From contig NZ_PVWN01000003.1 of assembly GCF_003003885.1 (NCBI RefSeq), forward strand, positions 136,520-168,519: DNA of 32,000 nucleotides, given 5' to 3'. This document shows, piece after piece, positions 18,743 through 27,445 of this stretch. The notes under the pieces were generated by a model. It was given only the letters and a program-made list of their open reading frames with translations. It did no database searches and was not told the DNA's origin. The stretch comes from Chlorogloea sp. CCALA 695. GTDB lineage: Bacteria > Cyanobacteriota > Cyanobacteriia > Cyanobacteriales > Chroococcidiopsidaceae. Position numbers and translations under genes: made by a program. Each line of letters starts with the position of its first letter. The stretch's first letter is position 1.

Positions 18743-19573
18743 ATGATAGAAGCTCAAGACTTCGCCAATCAATTGGGTGGAGTGAAACCAGATGATGAGT
18801 GGTTACAAATTGAAATTACTCGTCTCAAGGGAAAGAGTATTGTTCCATTACATCAAGTAAAAACTCTCCACGATTGGCTAGATGGAAAGCGCAAATCCAG
18901 ACAATCCTGTCGAGTAGTTGGGGAATCAAGAACTGGCAAGACTGTTGCCTGTGATGCCTATAGGTATAGACAAAAACCACAGCAAGAAGTTGGTAGACCC
19001 CCGATCGTACCTGTTGTTTATATTCAGCCTCCACAAAAATGTGGCTCTAAGGATTTATTTAAGGAGATGATTGAGTACCTTAAGTTTCGTGCAACCAACG
19101 GGACTGTTTCAGATTTTCGTGGTAGAGCGATGGAGGTACTCAAGGGGTGTGGGGTAGAAATGTTGATTATTGATGAAGCAGATCGTCTTAAGCCTGAAAC
19201 GTTTGCTGAGGTGCGAGATATTTATGACAAGTTAGGCATTGCTGTAGTATTAGTAGGAACAGACCGCTTGGAGGCAGTGATCAAGCGGGATGAACAAGTT
19301 TATAACCGTTTTCGGGCTTGCCATCGCTTTGGTAAGTTATCGGGGAAAGAATTCCAAGATACAGTGCAAGCTTGGGAAGAGAGGGTTTTAAAGCTGCCTT
19401 TATCTTCTAATTTAACTAGCAAGGATATGTTACGAATTCTCACATCGGCAACTGGAGGTTACATTGGTCGGCTAGATGAAATTCTCAGGGACGCAGCGAT
19501 TCGGTCGTTATCCAAGGGGTTTAAAAAGATTGATAAGGCTGTTTTACAGGCAGTTGCTCAGGAGTATAAGTAA
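18743..19573 (+). CDS. tnsC: TnsC AAA+ ATPase (V-K CAST)
   Basis: 276 aa with Walker A GESRTGKT and Walker B LIIDEADRL. High similarity to my recollection of ShCAST TnsC. Tightly coupled to tnsB and tniQ. Confidence 0.93.
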   Translation: MIEAQDFANQLGGVKPDDEWLQIEITRLKGKSIVPLHQVKTLHDWLDGKRKSRQSCRVVGESRTGKTVACDAYRYRQKPQQEVGRPPIVPVVYIQPPQKCGSKDLFKEMIEYLKFRATNGTVSDFRGRAMEVLKGCGVEMLIIDEADRLKPETFAEVRDIYDKLGIAVVLVGTDRLEAVIKRDEQVYNRFRACHRFGKLSGKEFQDTVQAWEERVLKLPLSSNLTSKDMLRILTSATGGYIGRLDEILRDAAIRSLSKGFKKIDKAVLQAVAQEYK

Positions 19574-20079
19574 TGACAGCACCAGATATTAAACCTTGGC
19601 TTTTCATTGTAGAACCATATCTAGGGGAAAGCCTAAGCCATTTTTTAGGTCGATTTAGACGTGCTAACCATTTGTCCCCTGCTGGGCTGGGTAATTTAGC
19701 AGAAATTGGTGCTGTAGTGGCACGTTGGGAAAGATTTCATTTTAACCCTCGCCCTAGTCAGCAAGAATTGAGTGCGATCGCATCTGTTGTAGAAGTGGAT
19801 GCCAAGACGTTAGCCGAGATGCTGCCACCTGCTGGGGTGGGTATGCAGCATGAACCCGTTAGGTTATGTGGTGGTTGTTATGCAGAAATACCTTGTCACC
19901 GGATTGCGTGGCAGTTTAAGGAGACGGGGAAATGCGATCGCCACAATTTGCGTTTACTGTCTAAGTGTCCCAAGTGCGAGGCTAGATTCAAAATTCCAGC
20001 TTTATGGGAGGATGGATGCTGCAATCGCTGTCGGTTGCCGTTTGGTAATATGGTAAGTTGTCAAAAGTTAGCGCTCTAA
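19573..20079 (+). CDS. tniQ: TniQ (short V-K type)
   Basis: 168 aa. PWLFIVEPYLGESLSHFLGRFRRANHLS plus Cys-rich zinc-ribbon motifs (CGGCY, CDRH, CPKC, CCNRC). The ATGA-type overlap with tnsC supports coupling. Confidence 0.92.
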   Translation: MTAPDIKPWLFIVEPYLGESLSHFLGRFRRANHLSPAGLGNLAEIGAVVARWERFHFNPRPSQQELSAIASVVEVDAKTLAEMLPPAGVGMQHEPVRLCGGCYAEIPCHRIAWQFKETGKCDRHNLRLLSKCPKCEARFKIPALWEDGCCNRCRLPFGNMVSCQKLAL

Positions 20080-20099
20080 GCTAATTAAAGAAAGCCAGT

Positions 20100-22151
20100 T
20101 CAACTGTCATTCAGAGAAAAGGCATAGTTACCATCTGGAAATCTGATAACTGGAACCCAGAAAGGTACTCCATCCCAACCACCTTGAGCATCAACGTTAC
20201 CTCTTAATCTAGTCATCAACAAAGTAGGATAATTGGGGTCAACACCATAAGGTATGTTCCCTGCATCACCAGGCATAACGCTACCAAGTTGGGTATAGTT
20301 CCTACTAGCGCTTTTCTTTAAATTTGAGTCTCTGTTAATAATTAATAATATACCTGTGTTTTGATATCTGGGATTATCTCGCAGAGTAAAAACAGCTTGC
20401 CTGATCAAATCATCATTCCAAGCACCACTTGATTCAGGCGTTGCATAGTGAAACTTAAGAATCTCTAACATCTCATCAATTGTTGCGTTATATGGCTGTT
20501 TCAGACTAGGATACTTAGCTATAGACAGAAGATTATCAAGTTCCTGAGTTTGGTTACTCAAAGTATTAGGTTCAGATATTGGTAGGGATGGAAAATACTG
20601 CTTTCCTCCTTGATAAGTTACCAAATTAACCGTATTTTCATTTAATACATTACGGCGAGTCGGTTTTATTCCTTTCGCTACCAAAGGAATCACCTGAATA
20701 GGTAAATTAGTTGCCTGACACTGCTCTCTAACTAAATTATCACTGACATGAATATCTACAAATCTTTGAGCTAAATGAACTGGTAAATAAATACGAGTTG
20801 CTGGTAGTTCATTTTGACGGTATCCATACATTCTTGCGTGCTGTAAAACTGTATCCATCTGAGGTTGTTGAGCATCTCTACCATAGTAAGTAACTAGAAG
20901 ATCCTTGACAGTCACACCCCGCCCTATCTTTGTACCACCTATGTAAAGGGTATGTTTTCTTGCTGGAGTAGGTTTAATTCCTTCACCACTATCAGAGTTA
21001 ATTTCTATAATTTCTGTAGAGGTTATTCGTCTTGCTGTTTCTACTAAAACATCATGAAATGGTGGAACATTTACAAAAGTTTGTTGTAAATCATCGTAAG
21101 CATTTTGTAATTGTGTTCTGAGCGCAGAAGATACACCTATTATTGGGTCATTAGGATTTTGTCTAAGCTGGTTCATCAATTCCTGCTTAAATTTATCAAC
21201 TAATTCTGCTGCTAAATGATGCTGTTCCTGTCTAAAGCTAGTATGCAGCAGATATGTATAGTTTTTTCGATTTTCCTGTATCCTTAAAATTGCTGCCCCT
21301 AGAAAAAATACCAACATTGACTGTATCACAGTATCAGGAATACGATTGCTAGTCTGCAACCTACCAAGCTCAATGTCAGGTACTAAGCGAATATGATTTG
21401 AATTACTAAAGTTACTGTCACCAAAAAAATAGTTACCACCAACGTAACCTGTACCAGGTATAGTAACAACTACAAAATTTGGTCTAAAAGCACTTTGACT
21501 ATCTTGTAATAATAATGATTGAGGAGTAGCGGTAGTTTGCAAGTATGTATGAGAATTAAGATAAGTTCTTAAATCAACAATTGCTCGATTTACTGCGCTT
21601 GTAGGTTTGTTTAGATCATTAATATTAGTATCTAAACTAGCTTGATCTGCCTCATCGTCAATAATGATAACTGATTGAGCTTGCCAGTTTGATATCCGAA
21701 CAATATTTAAAGCACCTCGCAAATGGGTTGGATGTTTAGGACAAACTAAAGCTAGTAGTAAACCAGGAGTAGCTCTTGAATTTTGTTTAATTTCTGTCTT
21801 ACCAAAAACTTGAAAACTATCTAATGCTCCTTTGATTCTTTCAAGCGTCTGCTCATAGATATCATTTAGATTTGATGTCATAACTACGAAATTATTAAAG
21901 CCGTTATCTGCGGCTAATGCCATCGTTGTCAGAATAACGGATGTTTTCCCGCTTTGGATATGTCCATAAATTAATCCTTTCACAGAACCAATTTTTGCAG
22001 GCTCTAAACATCTTTCTAATACTTCAATTGCCGTCTTAAGTATTAACTCAAAATCAGCATATGAAATATTTTCTTCATCATGTAGATACTCTTTGAGATT
22101 ACTAATATTATCTCCTTCTAAAGTATTTATCTGTGCCATATTATACCTCAT
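20100..22151 (-). CDS. Z1-domain ATPase/helicase-like protein (methylase-associated putative restriction component), CAST cargo
   Basis: 683 aa with Walker A GHIQSGKTS, DEAD-like IIIDDEADQAS, TTATPQS, and the Z1 signature GGTKIGRGVTVKDLLVTYYGR...DTVLQHARMYGYR. Immediately downstream of a C5-MTase in the same orientation. Confidence 0.75.
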   Translation of the reverse strand: MRYNMAQINTLEGDNISNLKEYLHDEENISYADFELILKTAIEVLERCLEPAKIGSVKGLIYGHIQSGKTSVILTTMALAADNGFNNFVVMTSNLNDIYEQTLERIKGALDSFQVFGKTEIKQNSRATPGLLLALVCPKHPTHLRGALNIVRISNWQAQSVIIIDDEADQASLDTNINDLNKPTSAVNRAIVDLRTYLNSHTYLQTTATPQSLLLQDSQSAFRPNFVVVTIPGTGYVGGNYFFGDSNFSNSNHIRLVPDIELGRLQTSNRIPDTVIQSMLVFFLGAAILRIQENRKNYTYLLHTSFRQEQHHLAAELVDKFKQELMNQLRQNPNDPIIGVSSALRTQLQNAYDDLQQTFVNVPPFHDVLVETARRITSTEIIEINSDSGEGIKPTPARKHTLYIGGTKIGRGVTVKDLLVTYYGRDAQQPQMDTVLQHARMYGYRQNELPATRIYLPVHLAQRFVDIHVSDNLVREQCQATNLPIQVIPLVAKGIKPTRRNVLNENTVNLVTYQGGKQYFPSLPISEPNTLSNQTQELDNLLSIAKYPSLKQPYNATIDEMLEILKFHYATPESSGAWNDDLIRQAVFTLRDNPRYQNTGILLIINRDSNLKKSASRNYTQLGSVMPGDAGNIPYGVDPNYPTLLMTRLRGNVDAQGGWDGVPFWVPVIRFPDGNYAFSLNDS

Positions 22152-22180
22152 TAAGTTATTAGAAATTTAGTAAATAAAAG

Positions 22181-23563
22181 CTATAGCTTTAGTATGTATC
22201 GCGCTATCGCTAGTGTTAAAAGAAAACTAACAGTATTAGCTAACTGCTGTTGCTTGTGCGCTAAACCCAGACCTTTAGAATTATCAGTAGTGCCACAAAA
22301 AGTAAACCAATCAGGAAGAGACTGTAGACGACTGGCTTCCCGTAATGATAATCCTCTATTTTGCTCTGGATGAATTATCATGCTTTTACGATAATTACCA
22401 ATTGTGATTGAAGGTTCATCCCATCTTAACCGTCTGTAGATATTGCTATGGGTATTTTCTATGTCAGAATAATTAGTCATCATGTGTCGAATATTCTTCC
22501 AGTTTCCACCCGCCGGAATGTGTCTATACCTATCAATTACATAATCCGCCTGTTTTGAAACAATGTGACCTTCAATAGTATCTAGGCTTGCCATTTGGCG
22601 CATTTGTTGCAAAAACGGATTCGAGTTTAATTGTTCCTGTGTAGGTTCGTCGTACTCTTGAACAACTCGGCTTTCACCATTCTCAACCACAGGTAGACTG
22701 GCAATTGCTTCTTTGACTGTCACATAGTTGTATCTACCTATTGCTCCATGTGTAGGTAAGGGAAATGCGCCCCATTCACCAAAACTATCAACTTTATAAC
22801 CTAAACTTTGGTGCAATGCCAATAAAAAAAATCTATTCCGGTGTTGTGGAACTCCATACCAAGCAGCATCTAAAACTGCGGGGAAAAGAATATACCCAGC
22901 ATCCGCAAATTTTCTGGCAATATAATCAACTACCGTTAATTTGTGCTTATTTTTGCCTTTGTTAGAACGAGGTGTCCATAAAATACCCTGTACATTTTCC
23001 AAAAGAATTGCTTTCGGTGCTAGTTCTAAGGAACATTCGATAAAGTATTCAACGAGTTGATTATAAGTATTCTTAGCATTCCAATTACTTCGATTGGATT
23101 GTGAAAAACCTTGGCAAGGTGTTCCACCAATAACAAGATCGACACCATCTGCTCTTTTAACGCTTTCATATACCAGTTGGCAATCGTGTTTTTTGGTTAA
23201 ATCGATAGGGATAAAGTTGTTAGGAATACTGTCTTGGATGCTTTTAGTTGAGTGATTATAAAAATGTTTATAATTAGTTTCGAGACTTCTTAAATATATC
23301 GGATTAATTTCGGCAGATTTTATAATTCTGAAGCATTTTTTTTTGTCCCCAGCCATCAGAAATCCAACCCCCATTCCGCCTGCTCCAGCAAAAAGCTCAA
23401 CTACACGTACATCATTTCTGGAGGCTGTGAGCGCACCATGTAGAGCAATATCTTGCTTTACTGGAGACAAAGAGCTATTAAGTTCCTGATCTTGTTCTTT
23501 AGATAATTTAATATTAGCTCTATAACGAACCCTCGACCCTGGATTGCAAGCTGGCTTGATCAT
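22181..23563 (-). CDS. DNA (cytosine-5)-methyltransferase, CAST cargo
   Basis: 460 aa with motif I ELFAGAGGMGVGF, motif IV GGTPCQGFS, motif VI LLENVQG and motif VIII QHRNRFF. Visibly AT-richer than the flanking host genes. Confidence 0.9.
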   Translation of the reverse strand: MIKPACNPGSRVRYRANIKLSKEQDQELNSSLSPVKQDIALHGALTASRNDVRVVELFAGAGGMGVGFLMAGDKKKCFRIIKSAEINPIYLRSLETNYKHFYNHSTKSIQDSIPNNFIPIDLTKKHDCQLVYESVKRADGVDLVIGGTPCQGFSQSNRSNWNAKNTYNQLVEYFIECSLELAPKAILLENVQGILWTPRSNKGKNKHKLTVVDYIARKFADAGYILFPAVLDAAWYGVPQHRNRFFLLALHQSLGYKVDSFGEWGAFPLPTHGAIGRYNYVTVKEAIASLPVVENGESRVVQEYDEPTQEQLNSNPFLQQMRQMASLDTIEGHIVSKQADYVIDRYRHIPAGGNWKNIRHMMTNYSDIENTHSNIYRRLRWDEPSITIGNYRKSMIIHPEQNRGLSLREASRLQSLPDWFTFCGTTDNSKGLGLAHKQQQLANTVSFLLTLAIARYILKL

Positions 23564-23667
23564 AAAATATTTTTTTTAAGCAAGGAATTGAATTATAAGA
23601 CAGTTTGCATCTGGGCTAAATACCCACGTACAAGTTGAAATTAGTATCAGGATTACAGTATTAACAC

Positions 23668-24120
23668 TTATTTAACATAACTTTGGAGATTATCCCTTAA
23701 TTGTTGATGCACGTGATCGCACCAAAGAGGAATCACAGTTTGCCCCTGACAAAGTGCTTCTAGCGCTACTTGCTTGTCAAACTCTGCTATTCGCAAAAGT
23801 TGTCCCTGCGATCGCCTGGCTAAAAACATCAGTCGCTTCATCTGTTTTTGGGTAACAGACGGCTCGAATAACCAAGGTTCTTCCTCACGTAATGTCTCTA
23901 AAGCTGCATGGCAAACCTCAAAATTTAAACCGATTGACAGCAATTGTTCCATCACTGCCAGTGCCAATAAGTCAGCCTTGGAATAGTAAACATTACGACC
24001 CTTACCAGTCGTGTTGACCGTAGGTACAATAATTCCCTTCTCACGCCAATACTGTAACTGTCGCCGAGAGCAATTAGTAATTTTTGCTGCTTCTGTGCTG
24101 GTATAGAACTTTTCTTCCAT
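23668..24120 (-). CDS. cvkR: MerR-family repressor of V-K CAST (CvkR-like)
   Basis: 150 aa with a MerR HTH (YTSTEAAKITNCSRRQLQYWREKGII). Divergent from cas12k with an 80-bp intergenic region carrying the palindromic operator. Confidence 0.8.
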   Translation of the reverse strand: MEEKFYTSTEAAKITNCSRRQLQYWREKGIIVPTVNTTGKGRNVYYSKADLLALAVMEQLLSIGLNFEVCHAALETLREEEPWLFEPSVTQKQMKRLMFLARRSQGQLLRIAEFDKQVALEALCQGQTVIPLWCDHVHQQLRDNLQSYVK

Positions 24121-24166
24121 AAAACCATCCTATAGAAGCATTTCCTGAAACACACTAAATTTTTAA

Positions 24167-24181
24167 ACAACATTATGTGTT
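24167..24181. promoter_or_regulatory. CvkR-type operator in the cvkR-cas12k divergent promoter region
   Basis: ACAACATTATGTGTT fits AnnACATnATGTnnT and ends 20 bp before the cas12k ATG. Confidence 0.65.
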
Positions 24182-24200
24182 TTTGTGATATTGTATTTTC

Positions 24201-26117
24201 ATGAGTCAAAGTACCGTTCAATGCCGCTTAATTGCCAGTACATCCACTCGTCAACAACTTTGGAAGTTGATGGCACAATTAAATACACCCCTAATTAACG
24301 AAATACTTCAACAGCTTAATAAACATCCAGACTTTGAGAAATGGCGGAAAAATGGCAAACTGCCATCAACTGTTGTTAGCCAACTTTGCCATCCCCTGAA
24401 AACGGATCTTCGCTTTGTAGGTCAGCCCAGTCGTTTGTATACATCAGCAATTCATGTTGTCGATTACATCTACAAATCTTGGTTAGCAATCCATAAACGT
24501 TTACAGCAGCAGCTAGATGGCAAAATACGCTGGCTAGAAATGCTCAACAGTGATGCTGAATTAGTAGAAACTAGCTTTTGTAGCTTAGAGGAGATTCGTA
24601 CCAAAGCTGCTGATATTTTGGCAATGACTACGCCAGAATCTGACGCTAATGCTCCTTTAATTGAAAGAAGAAAGACTAAGAAATCAAAAAAATCATCTAC
24701 TTCAAATTCTGACCGGGGATTATCTCATAAATTATTTGATGCTTACCAAAATACCGAAGACAGACTCCGTCGTAGCGCCATCAGCTATCTGCTGAAAAAT
24801 GGCTGTAAACTGAAGGACAAAGAAGATCCGGAACAATTTGCTAAACGCCGTCGTAAGCTAGAAATCCAAATTCAAAGGCTGACAGAAAAGCTAACAAGTC
24901 GAATTCCTAAAGGTCGAGATTTGGCTAATGCCAAATGGTTGGAAACACTCTTTACTGCTACAACTACTGTTCCAGAAGACAATGCTGAAGCCAAACGCTG
25001 GCAAGATATTTTATTAACCAGATCGAGTCTCCTCCCCTTTCCCCTGGTCTTTGAAACAAACGAAGACCTTGTTTGGTCAACAAATGAAAAAGGTCGGCTA
25101 TGTGTCCACTTCAATGGCTTGAGCGATTTAACTTTTGAAGTGTACTGCGATAGTCGTCAACTGCATTGGTTTAAACGCTTCTTAGAAGACCAACAGACTA
25201 AACGTAAAAGCAAAAATCAGCATTCTAGTGGCTTGTTTACCCTTAGAAATGGTCGTTTAGCTTGGCTTGAAGGCAAAGGTAAAGGCGAACCTTGGGAACT
25301 TCACCACTTAACTCTCTACTGCTGTGTTGATACTCGCCTGTGGACTACTGAAGGCACAGAACAAGTGCGCCAGGAAAAAACAAATGAGATTACTAAATTT
25401 ATTACAAAGATGAAGGAGAAGACAGACCTGAGTGTCACTCAGCAAGCTTTTGTTCAGCGTAAACAATCAACACTTACTCGAATAAATAATTCCTTTGAGC
25501 GTCCCAATAAACCTGTTTACCAAGGTCAATCAAACATTTTGGTTGGAGTAAGCTTAGGACTAGAGAAACCTGCCACAGTAGCGGTAGTAGATGCGCTCAC
25601 CAACAAAGTCTTGGCTTGCCGGAGTACCAGACAACTACTTAATGAAAATTACGAGCTTCTAAATCGCCAAAGACGACAACAGCAATCTTTATCCCACGAA
25701 CGCCACAAAGCCCAAAAAAGCTTCTCTCCCAACCAACTTGGAGCTTCTGAGTTAGGGCAGTATGTAGACAGATTATTGGCTAAAGAAATTGTAGCGATCG
25801 CACAAAGCTATTTTGCAGGCAGTATAGTATTGCCTAAGCTGGGTGATATGCGAGAGATTATTCAATGTGAAATTCAAGCCATAGCCGAGGCAAAATGTCC
25901 TGGTTCCAAAGAAATTCAAAAAAATTATGCCAAGCAATATCGAGTAAACGTCCATCAATGGAGCTATGGCAGATTACTTCAAAACATTCAAAGTAAAGCT
26001 ACTCAGATGGGAATTGTGATTGAAGAAGGTAAACAACCTGTTCGTGGTAGTCCCCAAGACAAAGCACAAGAATTAGCACTCTCTGCTTACAAGCTGCGCC
26101 TAGCTAGGCAAAGTTGA
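24201..26117 (+). CDS. cas12k: Cas12k (nuclease-deficient type V-K effector)
   Basis: 638 aa. Collinear with my recollection of ShCas12k along the whole length (MSQ..Q.RLI, QQLWKLMA.LNTPLINE, GLFTLRNG, VGVSLGLEKPATVAVVDA, YRVNVH.WSYGRL). Confidence 0.95.
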   Translation: MSQSTVQCRLIASTSTRQQLWKLMAQLNTPLINEILQQLNKHPDFEKWRKNGKLPSTVVSQLCHPLKTDLRFVGQPSRLYTSAIHVVDYIYKSWLAIHKRLQQQLDGKIRWLEMLNSDAELVETSFCSLEEIRTKAADILAMTTPESDANAPLIERRKTKKSKKSSTSNSDRGLSHKLFDAYQNTEDRLRRSAISYLLKNGCKLKDKEDPEQFAKRRRKLEIQIQRLTEKLTSRIPKGRDLANAKWLETLFTATTTVPEDNAEAKRWQDILLTRSSLLPFPLVFETNEDLVWSTNEKGRLCVHFNGLSDLTFEVYCDSRQLHWFKRFLEDQQTKRKSKNQHSSGLFTLRNGRLAWLEGKGKGEPWELHHLTLYCCVDTRLWTTEGTEQVRQEKTNEITKFITKMKEKTDLSVTQQAFVQRKQSTLTRINNSFERPNKPVYQGQSNILVGVSLGLEKPATVAVVDALTNKVLACRSTRQLLNENYELLNRQRRQQQSLSHERHKAQKSFSPNQLGASELGQYVDRLLAKEIVAIAQSYFAGSIVLPKLGDMREIIQCEIQAIAEAKCPGSKEIQKNYAKQYRVNVHQWSYGRLLQNIQSKATQMGIVIEEGKQPVRGSPQDKAQELALSAYKLRLARQS

Positions 26118-26142
26118 CAGATATCCGAACCTTGATAATAGA

Positions 26143-26365
26143 ATATTTAATAGCGCCGCAGTTCATGCTGTTTACAGCCTCTGAACTGTGTTAAATGAGG
26201 GTTAGTTTGGCTGTAGCAATATAGTCTTGCTTTCTGACCCTAGTAGCTACTCACCCTGATGCTGCTGTCTTTATGACAGGATAGGTGCGCTCCCAGCAAT
26301 AAGGGCGCGGATGTACTGCTGTAGTGGCTACTGAATCACCCCCGATCAAGGGGGAACCCTCCCCA
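26143..26365 (+). ncRNA. tracrRNA of the V-K system
   Basis: ATATTTAATAGCGCCGCAGTTCATGCTG...GGATAGGTGCGCTCCCAGCAATAAGGGCGCGGATGTACTGCTGTAGTGGCTACTGAATCACCCCCGATCAAGGGGGAACCCTCC is near-identical in blocks to the ShCAST tracrRNA as I recall it. The 3' AACCCTCC is the anti-repeat for GG(C/T)GGGTT. Ends are approximate. Confidence 0.85.
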
Positions 26366-26564
26366 ATTCTTCCTTTGAAGAACTAAATTTGAGGCAAAAT
26401 TTCTCAGATACCCGCGCAAGTTCCAAATAGCTTGTCCAGTCTGGCTTTTATCGTTTTTTTATCAAAAAGTGATTCTTAAGGCTGAGGCTCAGATAGTAAA
26501 TTGAGGGACATTCGCGCTTGTGACATCTAGAAACATTGCCCCACAGTATTTTAAGCTTGGTGGT

Positions 26565-26978
26565 GTCACAACAACCCTCCAGGTACTCAGGCGGGTTGAA
26601 AGCGACAGTAAATATTAGTATTTTTATATAAAAAAGTCACAACAACCCTCCAGGTACTAGGCGGGTTGAAAGTTAAATCTACTTATTCTAAGTTATTAAG
26701 GGATACGTCACAACAACCCTCCAGGTACTAGGCGGGTTGAAAGGAAAAGCTGGTATGCCCCAGAGGTGACACTAGAGTCACAACAACCCTCCAGGTACTA
26801 GGCGGGTTGAAAGTTGTTTCTACTGGAAATAAAGGAATCACCCCGCAAGTCACAACAACCCTCCAGGTACTAGGCGGGTTGAAAGTAATAATTTCGCAAG
26901 CAAACAGTGGAGCCTGGATGTCAAACAAGCCTCCAGGTACTAGGTGGGTTGAAAGAGCAAGAGTATGGATTGAAGCCA
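26565..26978 (+). CRISPR. V-K CRISPR array: 6 repeats, 5 regular spacers plus a terminal homing spacer
   Basis: Repeat GTCACAACAACCCTCCAGGTACTAGGCGGGTTGAAAG at 26565-26602 (38 nt, one extra C), 26636-26672, 26707-26743, 26777-26813 and 26849-26885. A diverged repeat GTCAAACAAGCCTCCAGGTACTAGGTGGGTTGAAAG is at 26920-26955. Spacers are 33, 34, 33, 35 and 34 nt. The terminal spacer starts at 26956. Confidence 0.95.
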
Positions 26979-27332
26979 AACTCAAAATATCCCTCGATAA
27001 TAGCTTTAAAGGCTGCAAACTTTCGTTAGTGTGCAGAACGAACAGCAGGTCAAGGAACAGGTAAGTCTTAAACTAAAAGGGATGGCAATGGAAAAGAATA
27101 TGCCGAAAAGAAAGCAACATGAGTTCAAAATGTTTCTCTGCAATTTGTAATAGTTGACAGTCAAATTCTACATTTGGTGTTTGCTTATTTATCCAGATAA
27201 TATACGTGGAATGTAGCTACCAATAACTGAGGACTATTACGACTAAGAATTTTTTGCAACACAACCTTGAGCAAAGTTCGTTTAAAGTTAAAGAGTGATA
27301 CGTTGACATCATCGCTACAGTCTCTGTAAGTT

Positions 27333-27445
27333 AATGACATTAATCCGTCACTGACACTTAAAAGACATTAATTTGTCTCGACGACAATTAAATAGTAATA
27401 ATGACACTAATGTGTCACCGACGACAAATAATTAGTCACTGTATA
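27333..27445. repeat. CRISPR-proximal (target-proximal) transposon end with about 4 TnsB-binding-type repeats
   Basis: Read inward from the terminus: TATACAGTGACTAATTATTTGTCGTCG, GTGACACATTAGTGTCAT, GAGACAAATTAATGTCTTT, GTGACGGATTAATGTCAT. The layout resembles what I recall as the ShCAST LE. Confidence 0.8.

Larger units (their letters stand above)
16727..27445 (+). mobile_element. Type V-K CRISPR-associated Tn7-like transposon (CAST), 10,719 bp
   Basis: Inverted termini TGTACAGTGAC / GTCACTGTATA, multiple TnsB-type repeats at both ends, tnsB-tnsC-tniQ, cargo, cvkR, cas12k, tracrRNA and a CRISPR array. Flanked by the 5-bp TSD. The flanks join into an intact comM reading frame. Confidence 0.93.

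Noticed and set aside
26728-27064. Two overlapping ORFs (96 aa minus, 85 aa plus) across the CRISPR array
   Set aside because: The reading frames exist only because the repeats lack stops. The periodic repeated peptide (FNPPSTWRVVVT) is a translation artefact of the CRISPR repeats.
27255-27287. Repeat-like stretch TGCAACACAACCTTGAGCAAAGTTCGTTTAAAG as a second, delocalised crRNA near the transposon end
   Set aside because: It resembles only the 5' CAACAACC and 3' GTT(G/T)AAAG parts of the repeat and lacks the GG(C/T)GGG anti-tracr segment. The following sequence (TTAAAGAGTGATACG...) has no match in either flank. Kept only as a possible decayed remnant.
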